DNA of 64,000 bases from Octopus sinensis. Lineage: Eukaryota. The position numbers were made by a program, and so were the translations under genes. Where the stretch lies: NCBI RefSeq assembly GCF_006345805.1, contig NC_043015.1, positions 45,508,001 through 45,572,000 of the forward strand. Direction: 5' to 3'. This document shows positions 52,862-64,000 of this stretch, piece after piece; position 1 is the stretch's first letter, and each line of letters opens with the position of its first letter. The notes beneath the pieces were generated by a model. The model had not been told where the DNA came from. It searched no databases and saw only the letters and a list, made by a program, of their open reading frames with translations.

Positions 52862-54622
52862 AATACACACATACATATTGTGGAGGCACAATGGCCCAGT
52901 GGTTAGGGCAGCGGACTCACGGTCTTAGGATCGTAGTTTCGATTCCCAGACCGGGCGTTGTGAGTGTTTATTGAGCGAAAACACCTAAAGCTCCACGAGG
53001 CTCTTGCAAGGGGTGGTGTTGAACCCAGCTGTACTCTTACACTTTCTTCCTGTTTCTGTTGTACCTGTATTTCAAAGGACCAGTCTTGTCACACTCTGCA
53101 TCACACCGAATCTCCCCCCCCCCCCGAGAACTACATTAAGGGTACACGTGTCTGTGGAGTGCTCAGCCACTTGCATGTTAATTTCACGAGCAGGCTGTTC
53201 CGTTGATCAGTTCAACTGGAGCCCTCGTCGTCATAACCAATAGAGTGCCAATAATATATATATATGCACAGGCATGGCTGTGTGGTAAGAAGCTTGCTTC
53301 CCAACCACATGGTTCCAGGTTCAGTCCCACTATGTGGCACCAGGTTTTCCAGTGTTCACAAAATGCTTTCTACAATAAATTTTATTGTTAAACTCCAGGT
53401 TTACTTGAATTGAGCAAACATTTAAACATATTCCGTCCATGACCTTCTTATTTTTTTTAAAGGTAGCAAGATTTAACTGCTATTTCTTGAAAACTGATCA
53501 ATTTTGTTGAAGTTTCTTTGTTGGGTCTTATGAAAGGTGTCTTGAAATGTTAGTGCTAAGGAGTCCCAAAGGACACTTATTTAAAGTGACTGAGACTATA
53601 AGATTTCCCTACCCTTGAAGTCATTTACAGCTGAGTGGACTGGAGCAACATGAAATTGTTTTGCTCAAGAACACAATGCATGCTCTTTTGCACTGGGAAT
53701 TGAAACCACAGTCTTGACAATCATAAATGCAGTACCTTAATCGTTAGGCCATGTGCCTTTGAATTCATCATCATTATCGTTTAACGTCCACTTTCTATGC
53801 TAGCATGGGTTGGATGATTTGACTGAGGACTGGCAAACCAGATGGCTGCACCAGGCTCCAATTCTTGATCTGGCAGTGTTTCTACAGCTGGATGCCCTTC
53901 CTAACGCCAACCACTCTGAGAGTGTAGTGGGTGCTTTTACGGCGCCAGTCAGGCGGTACTGACAACGGCCACACTCAAATGGTGTTTTTTACGTGCCACC
54001 TGCACAGGAGCCAGTCCATTGGTACTGGTAACGACCTCACTCGAATGTTTTTTCACATGCCACCGGCACAAGTGCCAGTAAGGCAACGCTGGTAACAATC
54101 ACACTCGAATGGTGCTTTTTACATGCCACTGGCACGGAAGCCAGTTAGCCGCTCTGGCAACAATCACGCTCAGATGGTGCTCTTAGCGCTCCAATAGTAC
54201 AGATGCCAGTCATCCAATTTGATTTCGATTTCACTTGCCTCTACAGGTCCTCACAAGCAGAGTTTATTGACCAATGAAGGAAAGGTACGCATAAGTGGGC
54301 TGGTTATACCCCTGGCATAGGCCACATGGTTATGGCCTCATTTGGCTTGCTAGGTCTTCTCAAGCACGGCATATGTCTGTTTTCCATGCTGGCATGGGTT
54401 GGACAGCTTGACAGGAACTGGTAAGGCCAGCGGTCACACCAGGTTCGATAATCTATTTTGGCCTTGCTTTCTACACTTGGATGCCCTTCCTAATGCCAAC
54501 CACTCTACAGAGTACACTGGGTGCTTTTTATGTGGCACTAGCACCCACTTGTCTCAGATCATAATCTGCTATATTTAATTTCAAGGAAGGATTTATGCAT
54601 GATCAACAGAATTGACTGACAC

Positions 54623-54721
<99 letters not shown>

Positions 54722-55086
54722 ACACACACCAACTCTGTCTCTCCTCCTTAACTCTTTTACTGGTACTTTTCTTTTTCTTCCATTTTTTTTTTTTACCATT
54801 ATTTTTCTTCATCTTTCAAGAGGTGTAAAAAAATTCAATTCTGGTGAGATTAGACCTTAGAACAGCAACATCTAAATCTGTGTTATTGACTACAAGAATC
54901 ACTACCATTTGTCTATCTACCATCACCTAAACTAGACAACGATGTTTCATATTTATTGGCAAAACAGCAAAAAGCTGGAAGTAGCATTTCTCTGAACTTC
55001 TTAATGTATTTAAAACCAAACAGTTCCAGCAAAAATATATTTTTTTTAAATGCAAATTTTTTCTTCTTTTTCATCATCATCATCAG

Positions 55087-55178
55087 AATCTGGAGGCAGC
55101 AGCAGTAGCAGCAGTAGTAAAAGGTTACGATTGGAACCAGCTTCAAACTTGGATGCAGATGACCCTGTTGATGACGAA
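55087..55178 (+). CDS. CWC15: CWC15 coding exon 3
   Basis: catcag acceptor; ESGGSSSSSSSKRLRLEPASNLDADDPVDDE with the conserved NLDADDP motif; donor GTGAGT. 92 nt, phases 1 to 0. Confidence 0.96.
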
Positions 55179-56144
55179 GTGAGTCTAACATTGATTTTAT
55201 TTGTTTTTACTTCATGTCATGTCTTAGTTTCCTGCTGGTTATACGAAACGCCTTATAAACATTTGACACCTATACATACATACATACATATATATATATA
55301 TTGAGCGAAAACACCTAAAAGCTCTACGAGGCTCCGGCAGGGGGTGGTGATCCCTGCTGTACTCTTTCACCACAATGGCGGTGCCCCAGCATGGCCACAG
55401 CTCAAGAGCTGAAACTGGAAAAACAAAAAAAACAAAAAACAAATATATATAGGTAAATGTAAAAAAATACAAACTGGGACAAGAATGCAAAACATTTAGA
55501 AGACGATACAAAAAAACGGACGGGACATTCAAAGCCTTCGATCTTCAGTCAAGAACCGGATCATCTTCGCAATTTCGGCTGATTAATCTTGATTATCGAT
55601 ATATATATATATCGTTTTGTGTATGTTTTCCCATGATAGATGGGTCTCTTCTTGCACAGCGTCCTGCCATTATTTGCAGGCTGTCATTATCTGATATGCT
55701 ACAACAGAGAAAGATGAAAAATGCCAGTCTTTCATGCATATCTTCTGTCTTCATCTCTCTCTCTCATTTTACATATATCAGCAGCAACGGCATTAAATAT
55801 CCATTGTCCATCATGGCATGGTTTGGACAGTTTGACCAGGGCTGGCAAGCTGAAAGGCTGCACCAAGCTCCAGTCTGATTTGACATGGTCTCTATGACTG
55901 GATGTCCTTCTTGATGCCAACCACTCCAAGAATATAATGGTACCTATATATTAAGGTTAGTATGTATGTATGTATGTATGTATGTATGTATGTATTATGT
56001 ATGTATGTATGTTGTATGTATGTATGTATGTATGTATGTATGTATGTATGTATGTATTGTATGTATGTATGTATGTATGTTGTATGTATGTATGTATGAT
56101 GTATGTATGTATATATATATGTATGTATGTATTTATTATATATG

Positions 56145-56179
<35 letters not shown>

Positions 56180-56342
56180 ATATATATATGTATGTGTATA
56201 TGTATATATATATATATATGTATGTATGTAATATATATATGTGTATGTATGTTGTATATATATATGTGTATGTATGTATATATTATATATATATATATGT
56301 ATGTATGTATGTATATATATATATATATGTATGTATGTATAT

Positions 56343-56418
<76 letters not shown>

Positions 56419-56435
56419 ATATATATATATATGTA

Positions 56436-59400
56436 TCATCATCATCATCATTTAGCGTCCGTTTCCATGCTAGCATGGGTTGGACGGTTCAACTGGGGTC
56501 TGGGGAGCCCGAAGGCTGCACCAGGCCAGTCAGATCTGGCAGTGTTTCTACAGCTGGATGCCCTTCTAACGCCACCACTCCGAGAGTGTAGTGGGTGATT
56601 TTATGTGCCACCGACACAGGTGCCAGACGAGGCTGGCGAACGGCCACGCTCGGATGGTGTTTTTTATGTGCCACCGACACAGGTGCCAGACGAGGCTGGC
56701 AGACGGCCACGCTCGGATGGTGTTTTTATGTGCCACCGACACAGGTGCCAGATGAGGCTGGCGGACGGCCACGATCGGATGGTGTTTGTTACGTCCCCAA
56801 AGCACGGAGGCCAGTCTATGCGGTACTGGCTACGGCCACGTTCGGATGATTTCTTGTGTGCACCGCACTGGTACCACAAAGATACAAATTCAATTTATGT
56901 TCATCTATTTTGATTTGTTTTGATTTGATTTGATTTGATTTGATTTGATTTTCACTTGCCTCAACAGGTCTTCACAAGTGTCACAAGAAGGAAGGTATGC
57001 ATAGGTGGACTGTCTACGTCGCCGGGTCTTCGGATGGTGTCTTTATGTGCCACCGACACAGGTGCCAGATGTGGCTGGCGAACGGCCACGATCGGATGGT
57101 TTTCTTGTGTGCCACCGGTACTGGAACCACAAAGATACAAATTCCATTGATGTTCATCTATTTTGATTTGGTTTGATTTTCACTTGCCTCAACAGGTCTT
57201 CACAAGTGTCACGCGTGTCACACACTTGCATCAACAGGTCTCCACAAGGTTCCACACTTGCCTCTGCCTCAACAGGTTTCACAAAGTGTCACACACTTGC
57301 CTCTGCCTCAACAGGTCTTCACAAGTGTCATAAGAGGGAAGGTAAGCACAGGTGGACTGACTACGTCGCCGGGTCTTTGGATGGTGGTGGTGTTTTTATG
57401 TGCCACCGACACAGGTGCCAGGTGAGGCTGGCGAACGGCCACGATCAGATGGTTGTTTGTTGTCCCACAGCACGGAGGCCAGTCGACGGCCACGTTCGGA
57501 TGGTTTTCTGTGTGCCACCGGTACTGGAACCACAAAGATACAAATTCCATTGATATTCATCTATTTTGATTTGGTTTGATTTTCACTTGCCTCAACAGGT
57601 CTTCAAAGGGTCACACACTTGCCTCAACAGGTCTCCACAAGTGTCACACACTTGCCTCTGCCTCACAGGTCTTCACAAGTGTCACACACTTGCCTCAACA
57701 GGTCTTCACAAGTGTCATAAGAGGGAAGGTATGCACAGGTGGACTGACTACGTCGCCGGGTCTTCGGAGGTGTCTTTATGTGCCACCGGCACAGGTGCCA
57801 GATGAGGTGGCGAAACGGCCAGATCGGATGGTGTGTGTTGTGCCCACAGCACGGAGGCCAGTCGATGCGGTACTGGTTACGGCCACGTTTGGGTGGTTTT
57901 CTTGTGTGCCACCGGCACTGGTACCACGAAGAATACAATCCACTGATGTTCATCTATTTTGATTGTTTTGATTTGATTGATTTTCACTTGCCTCAACAGG
58001 TCTTCATAAGTGTCACAAGAAGGAAGGTATGCACAGGACTGACTACGTCCCCGGTCGGTCGGGGCCACGGGTTATGGCCTGACTAGTCTTGCGGGGTTCT
58101 TCTCATGCACAGCATACTTCCATAGGTCTCGGTCTCTAGACATTTCCTTAGTGAGACCTAAAGTTCGAAGGTCGCGGCTTCACCACCTCGTCCCAGGTTT
58201 TCCTGGGTCTACCTCTTCCACAGGTTCCCTCCACTGCTAGGGTGTAGCACTTTTGCACACAACTATCTTCAGCCTTTCTTGTCACATGACCATACCAGCG
58301 CAGCCGTCTCTTGCACGCCACAACTGACGCTTCTTAGGTTCAACTTTTCTCTCAAGGAACTTACACTCTGACGATTATGAACACTGACATTACACATCCA
58401 TCGAGCATACTGGCTTCATTTCTTGCGAGCTTACGCATATCCTCAGCAGTCACGGCCCATGTTTCACTACCATGTAGCATGGCTGTACGTACACATGCAT
58501 CATAACAGTTGCCTTTTACTCTGAGCGAGAGGCCTTTTGTCACCAGCAGGGGTAAGAGCTCTCTAAACTTTGCCCAGGCTATTCTTACTCTAGCAGTTAC
58601 ACTTTCAGCACACCCACCCCCGCTACTGACTTGGTCTCCTAGGTAGCGGAAGCTATCAACTACTTCTAGTTTGTCTCCCTGGAACGTGGCAGAAGTTGGT
58701 CTCTGCATATTTCCAGTGTTTATTGCTCCTGAGCATTTGCCACAGACAAAAACTATTTTCCTAGTTAGCCTTCCTTGACATTGCTGCACCTCTTATGTGT
58801 CCATAGCTTACACTTGGTGCATCTTATAGAGTTTCTACCTACCCTTTTTTACAGATCGAGCAGGGCCATCTACCTGAAGGCGTTTGTGATTGATCTACCT
58901 TCCTACTTATTAGAACTTTGGTTTTGGCTAGGTTGATTCTAAGGCCCTTCGATTCTAATCCTTGTTTCCACACCTGAAAACTTCTCCTCCAGTTCTGATA
59001 GTGACTCAGCAATTAGAGCAAGGTCATCAGCATAGAGGAGCTCCCAGGGGCAACCTGTCTTGAATTCCTCCGTTATTGCTGGAGGACTATGATAAATAGG
59101 AGGGGACTGAGGCACTGAACCTTGGTGGACCCCAACCTCTACCCGGAATTCTTCACTGTACTCGTTGCCAACCCTCACCTTACTAGCAGCGTCTCTGTAC
59201 ATGGCTTGAACAGCTCTCACCAACCATTCTTCTATCCTAGTTCCTCATTGACCACCAGATAAGGGACCGGGGGACCCTGTCAAAGGCTTTCTCCAAGTCA
59301 ACAAAAGCCAGGTACAAGGGCTTATCTTTGGCTAGGTATTTCTCCTGCAGCTGTCTTACCAGGAATATAGCATCAGTAGTACTTTTCCCTGGCACGAACC

Positions 59401-60175
59401 CAAACTGCATATCATCTAAGGTAACTCTCTCTCTAATTAGTTGGGCTACAACCCTCTCGTAACCTTCATTACCTGATCCAGCAGCTTGATGCCCCTGTAG
59501 TTATTTGTCTCTAGGGCGTCGCCTTTACCTTTGTAGCAGTTGACTATTATGCTGCTACACCAGTCATTGGGTATGACCCCCTCGTGTATCACCTGGTTAC
59601 TATACGGGTGACTAAGCTATAGCCGACACCACCAGATATTTTGAGCATCTCTGCAGTAATTCCTGATGGGCCTGGGGCTTTCCCTGTTTTCATGCTTCTA
59701 ATTGCCTTATCTACTAAGGACTGTGTTAACTCGGATTGCTGGTCCCTCTGTTGGGTCGACATTCGGCAGACTCTCTTTATCCCATTCATTTTCCTCATCA
59801 GCAACCTTTCATAGTGGCGTCTCCAAGCTTCTCTCTCTTTGCATCCTCATTTAACGCAAGTGAACCATCCTCCATGCGAACACATTTCTCTCCTACCACG
59901 TCACGATTCTCTCTCACACACTGTCTTGCAACACGAAATACCTCAAGTCTTTCATCCTCACGACGCAGGACATTGGCAAATTTTTCCTTATCTGCTCCCC
60001 TCTGGCTAGATAGACCTGTCTCCTGGCTTCCCTTCTGGCAGACTGATACACTGCCCGCTACCACCGTTCTTCCAGGCCTTCCAAGCCTGTTTCTTTTGTC
60101 TAATAGCCCTGTCAACAATATTGTTCCACCACCACGTTATTTTGGGTCTTAAGGGACTTTGCACCAGCCACAGAT
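56436..60175 (-). mobile_element. 5'-truncated RTE-clade LINE, ~3.7 kb, antisense in CWC15 intron 3
   Basis: RT motifs KAPGPSG, VGVHQGSV, ELLYADDLAL, FRYLGD and RLRWYGHV in shifted frames, ending near 58083; long repetitive 3' UTR and (GAT)n tail. Confidence 0.97.
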
Positions 60176-60193
60176 CTGATGTATGTATATATG

Positions 60194-60236
<43 letters not shown>

Positions 60237-60306
60237 ATATGTATGTATATATATATATATATATATGTATGTATATATATATATATATTATATATATATG
60301 TATGTA

Positions 60307-61289
60307 TACTCTTTTACTTGTTTCAGCCATCGGCTGAGGCCATGCTGGGGCACCGCCCTTGTGCTACCCTCTCTAAGTCAGTTTTGCCGTGGCTGGCCAC
60401 TGATCTAAGAGAGAGTTTGAGCTGCTGCTCTTAGGTTACCTTCGTACCTTGCAGTGGGTCATCTGGGATCCCGGAAAGCAGCTTGTCTAGATGTTTTTGA
60501 AAATGTCCACATCCGCATCATGTAGATCTCTTAGTTTTCTTGGCAGTTTGTTTGAACAGCTGAGGGCCCCTGAACACCAGGCTATTACAGTATCTGCTCC
60601 TTACCCTGGATGTGGAAGACGGGACCTTTGGCACCACACAGTGACGTCCTGTACGGGGATTGGAACAGCTCTCAATCCAAAATTTGGTGCTAGTCCCTCC
60701 AGGATTTTCCATATGTACATCACTGCATAATCTCTCTCGTCTTCGTTCCAAGATGTACAATTGAGTTCCCTAAGCCTCTCCCCAATAGTTCTTTTCTTTC
60801 ATGGTGGAAATCCTCTTGGTGAAATGTCTTTGGATTGTCTCAAGCTCTGTGGTTAGTTTGACACTATGCGGTGACCACAGTTGGGAGCAGTAGTCCAGGC
60901 GGCTTAGGACAAATGTCCTCCATAGTGTCACATGGTTTCGCAGTCTCTTGTCCGGAATGTCCTCAGGATCCAGCCAGTGAGTCGTCTGCACATTGTCGCC
61001 ACCTTCGCGATGTGTGAAGAAAAGATGCATCGTCACTCATGTCTATCCCCAGGTCCCGTATTGATTTCGATACTGGGATTTCGATCCCTCCTGGACCAGT
61101 ATAGTTGTGTTGTAATGTATATGTGTTTACAGCTTGATATTGTAAGGCTTGAAATTTACCAGCATTAAATTGCATGTTGTTGTCTTCAGCCCATTTGTAT
61201 ATGGCATCCAGATCTTGTTGTAAAAGGTCAGCATCAGCTGGGTTTTTGATTGCCTGTGCTACCTTTGTGTCATCAGCATAGCTAGTGAG
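60307..61289 (-). mobile_element. 5'-truncated CR1/L2-group LINE
   Basis: LTSYADDTK, DLDAIYKWAEDNNMQFNAGK, IRDLGI and SRLDYCSQLWSP motifs; 3' end ...ctgaaacaagtaaaagag. Confidence 0.93.
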
Positions 61290-61382
61290 ATATATATATA
61301 TATATATATAATATAGTATGTGTATATATATATATATATTATCTATATATATAGATTATATATTATATATATATTATATATG

Positions 61383-61435
<53 letters not shown>

Positions 61436-61466
61436 AATATATATATTATATATATATATGTTGTAT

Positions 61467-61498
<32 letters not shown>

Positions 61499-61501
61499 GT
61501 A

Positions 61502-61534
<33 letters not shown>

Positions 61535-61547
61535 GTATGTATGTATG

Positions 61548-61595
<48 letters not shown>

Positions 61596-61713
61596 GTAGT
61601 ATATATATATATATATATATATATAATATGTATGTATATATATATATATATATATGTATGTATATATTATATTATATATATATATTTATGTATATATATC
61701 ATATATATATATG

Positions 61714-61783
<70 letters not shown>

Positions 61784-61788
61784 GTATG

Positions 61789-61828
<40 letters not shown>

Positions 61829-61917
61829 ATATATAATATATTATATATATATATGTATGTATCTTATATATATATATATTAATATATGTATGTATATATA
61901 TATATTATATATATATG

Positions 61918-61994
<77 letters not shown>

Positions 61995-62079
61995 ATATAT
62001 ATATTATATATATGTATATATATATATATATATATGTATGTAATATTATATTATATATATATATATATATATATGCATG

Positions 62080-62116
<37 letters not shown>

Positions 62117-62295
62117 TGTATATATATATATATAATATATATATATATATGTATGTATATATATATATATATATATATATAGATATATATATATATATAT
62201 ATATGTATGTATATATATATGTATGTATATATATATGTATGTAATATATTGTATGTATATATATATATGTATGTTATATATATATATATATAATG

Positions 62296-62344
<49 letters not shown>

Positions 62345-63003
62345 ACACACACATAGATACAATCATCATCATCATTTAATGTCTGTTATTCATGCCGGCA
62401 TGGGTTGGACAGTTTGACCAGGGTTGGCAAGCTGAAAGGCTGCACCAGGCTCCAGTCTGATTTGACATGGTTTCTACAGCTGGATACCCTTCCTAATGCC
62501 AACCACTCCAAGAATGTCATGGATGCTTTTACGTGCCACCAGTATGTATATGTGTGTGTACTGTGTGGCTGTATGGTCAGAAGTTTGCTTCCCCGCTACA
62601 TTGTTCCAGGTTCAATCCCACATACACACACATATATATCCGTGCCTAAAAGTATACACATGCACAGAAATACACATAGGTACATATACACACATGCATG
62701 CACATGTGCACACACACACACATACTGTTTAACGTCCTCCTTCCATGCTGGCATGGGTTAGGTGGTTAGTCAGGAGCTGGCCAGGCAGAAGACTGCACCA
62801 TACTTCTGTGCCTGTTTTGACACAGTTTTTACAGCTGGATGCCTTTCCTGACACCAACCATCCTGCAGAATGGGCTGAATGCTTTTTATATGGCACAAGC
62901 ACAACGGTGCCCCAAATTAACGGTGGTGCCCCAGCTTGACCGCAGCTTTCAAGCTGAACTGGGTTAAAGAGTTATATACACATACATGTATATACATATA
63001 CAT

Positions 63004-63057
<54 letters not shown>

Positions 63058-63246
63058 ACACACAGACATATATATGCTCCACTGTCAGCTTTGCCTTGGT
63101 TTCCGTGGCTGGCTGCCCTTTCAAATGCCAATTTGTATTCATCTGTATATTATCCTACAATTCCTGTTACCCATCATGATTCTTGCCTGATTTTGTAAAT
63201 TTTTTACATTTTTTTTTTTTTTTTCCCCCTACTTTTTATTCATCAG

Positions 63247-63345
63247 GATGAAGAATCTGACAGTGAAGATGATGATGATACAATGGAATTGATGGAAGAA
63301 CTCAAGAAAATTAAGAAAGAAAGATTAGCAGAAGCTGCTAAACTG
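63247..63345 (+). CDS. CWC15: CWC15 coding exon 4
   Basis: DEESDSEDDDDTMELMEELKKIKKERLAEAAKL (human [21 protein letters not shown]); long T tract plus CAG acceptor, GTAAGT donor; 99 nt. Confidence 0.96.
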
Positions 63346-63456
63346 GTAAGTATTGGGCAGCAAAATTATTAAAGTATTGGACAAAATACTGCTGTGTTTG
63401 CATTCTGAGTTCAAATTCTACTGAGGTAAACCCTGCTTTCATCCCTCTGGCTTCTA

Positions 63457-63560
63457 TTGGGTTGTCCGGAAAGTTCATGCCGATTTTTGAAGGAAAGAAA
63501 AAAGTCAAATACTTGCCATTACATTTTTAATCAATCAAATATGAACCATTCCTTCTTCAG
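63457..63560 (+). mobile_element. mariner TIR remnant
   Basis: TA|ttgggttgtccggaaagttc resembles Hsmar1/MADE1-type TIRs. Confidence 0.55.
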
Positions 63561-63599
63561 ATATTCTTAGATGGAGTCGCTGCTATAATTGGTTTTCCA

Positions 63600-63850
63600 G
63601 TTATGGCAGCAACTCCATCGAAGGAGAGGGGCTTTCTCTGTCCGGGTTGCGGATCCGTGGAATAAGCTGCCGGACGAGATAGTGAAGATGCCGATGACCA
63701 CTCGGTTCAAAGTCTCTCTTGACCAGAAATGGCCTGAACTCTTTGTATGAACATCCTCCCTGTACATAACTCCATGTCTCCCTACATGGCCTTGCTTTTT
63801 GCTTTTTGAGCCAAAAAATTAACTTAACTTAACTTAACTAACTTAACCTA
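63600..63850 (+). mobile_element. CR1-like LINE 3' terminus with (TTAAC)n tail
   Basis: RRRGAFSVRVADPWNKLPDEIVKMPMTTRFKVSLDQKWPELF* followed by ttaacttaacttaac. Confidence 0.8.
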
Positions 63851-63941
63851 AGAATAACTGAAGAAGGAATTTTATTCCAATTTATCATCGAACTATGAAT
63901 AACTAAATTACTATAGGTTCCTTTTTGTGTGTTTTATTCAG

Positions 63942-64000
63942 GAAGCTGAAAGGAAAGTAGAAGAAGAAAGAATTCGTAAAGAAAATATTTTGAAAGGCAA
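63942..64000 (+). CDS. CWC15: CWC15 coding exon 5 (truncated by window end)
   Basis: ttattcag acceptor; EAERKVEEERIRKENILKG(N), matching human EEERIRMENILSGN. Confidence 0.95.

Noticed and set aside
55500-55595. CTGAAGA...GAA..GTC hammerhead-like string on the minus strand
   Set aside because: Could not form stem I or a proper GAAA after stem II from this single copy.
56600-56790. Regular ~62-bp repeats resembling a CRISPR array
   Set aside because: No unique spacers, no cas genes, eukaryotic context; part of the RTE 3' UTR.
45161-63941. Intronic snoRNAs in CWC15
   Set aside because: No convincing C/D box pair with terminal stem or H/ACA double hairpin seen by eye; an Infernal/Rfam scan would settle it.

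Overview
AT-rich, microsatellite- and transposon-dense animal DNA. The SINE/LINE families and (TA)n load point to an octopus (coleoid cephalopod); this is recognition, not a search result. Two host genes are supported and they are arranged head to head. On the minus strand is the first coding exon of a RYK-like WIF-domain receptor (5555-5675). On the plus strand are five coding exons of the splicing factor CWC15 (45030-64000, running off the window). A tandem-ETS promoter near 8150 may serve both, which would give CWC15 a ~37 kb 5'-UTR intron. Everything else recognisable is repeats: tRNA-derived SINEs, RTE and CR1/L2 LINE pieces, mariner/pogo/piggyBac/Helitron/Helentron non-autonomous elements, Penelope-like terminal repeats and simple repeats. 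Almost all ORFs in the supplied track are microsatellite or TE artefacts. No new prokaryote-style system is present. The most interesting signals are: a 122-bp mobile unit carrying a minimal U3:A8 hammerhead-like motif; a composite insertion of that unit that captured nearby DNA; a LINE whose 3' tail matches the dominant SINE; a bipartite RTE element; repeated fold-back RTE pairs in introns (candidate ADAR substrates); and coupled uORFs upstream of RYK. Identities quoted are by-eye estimates.
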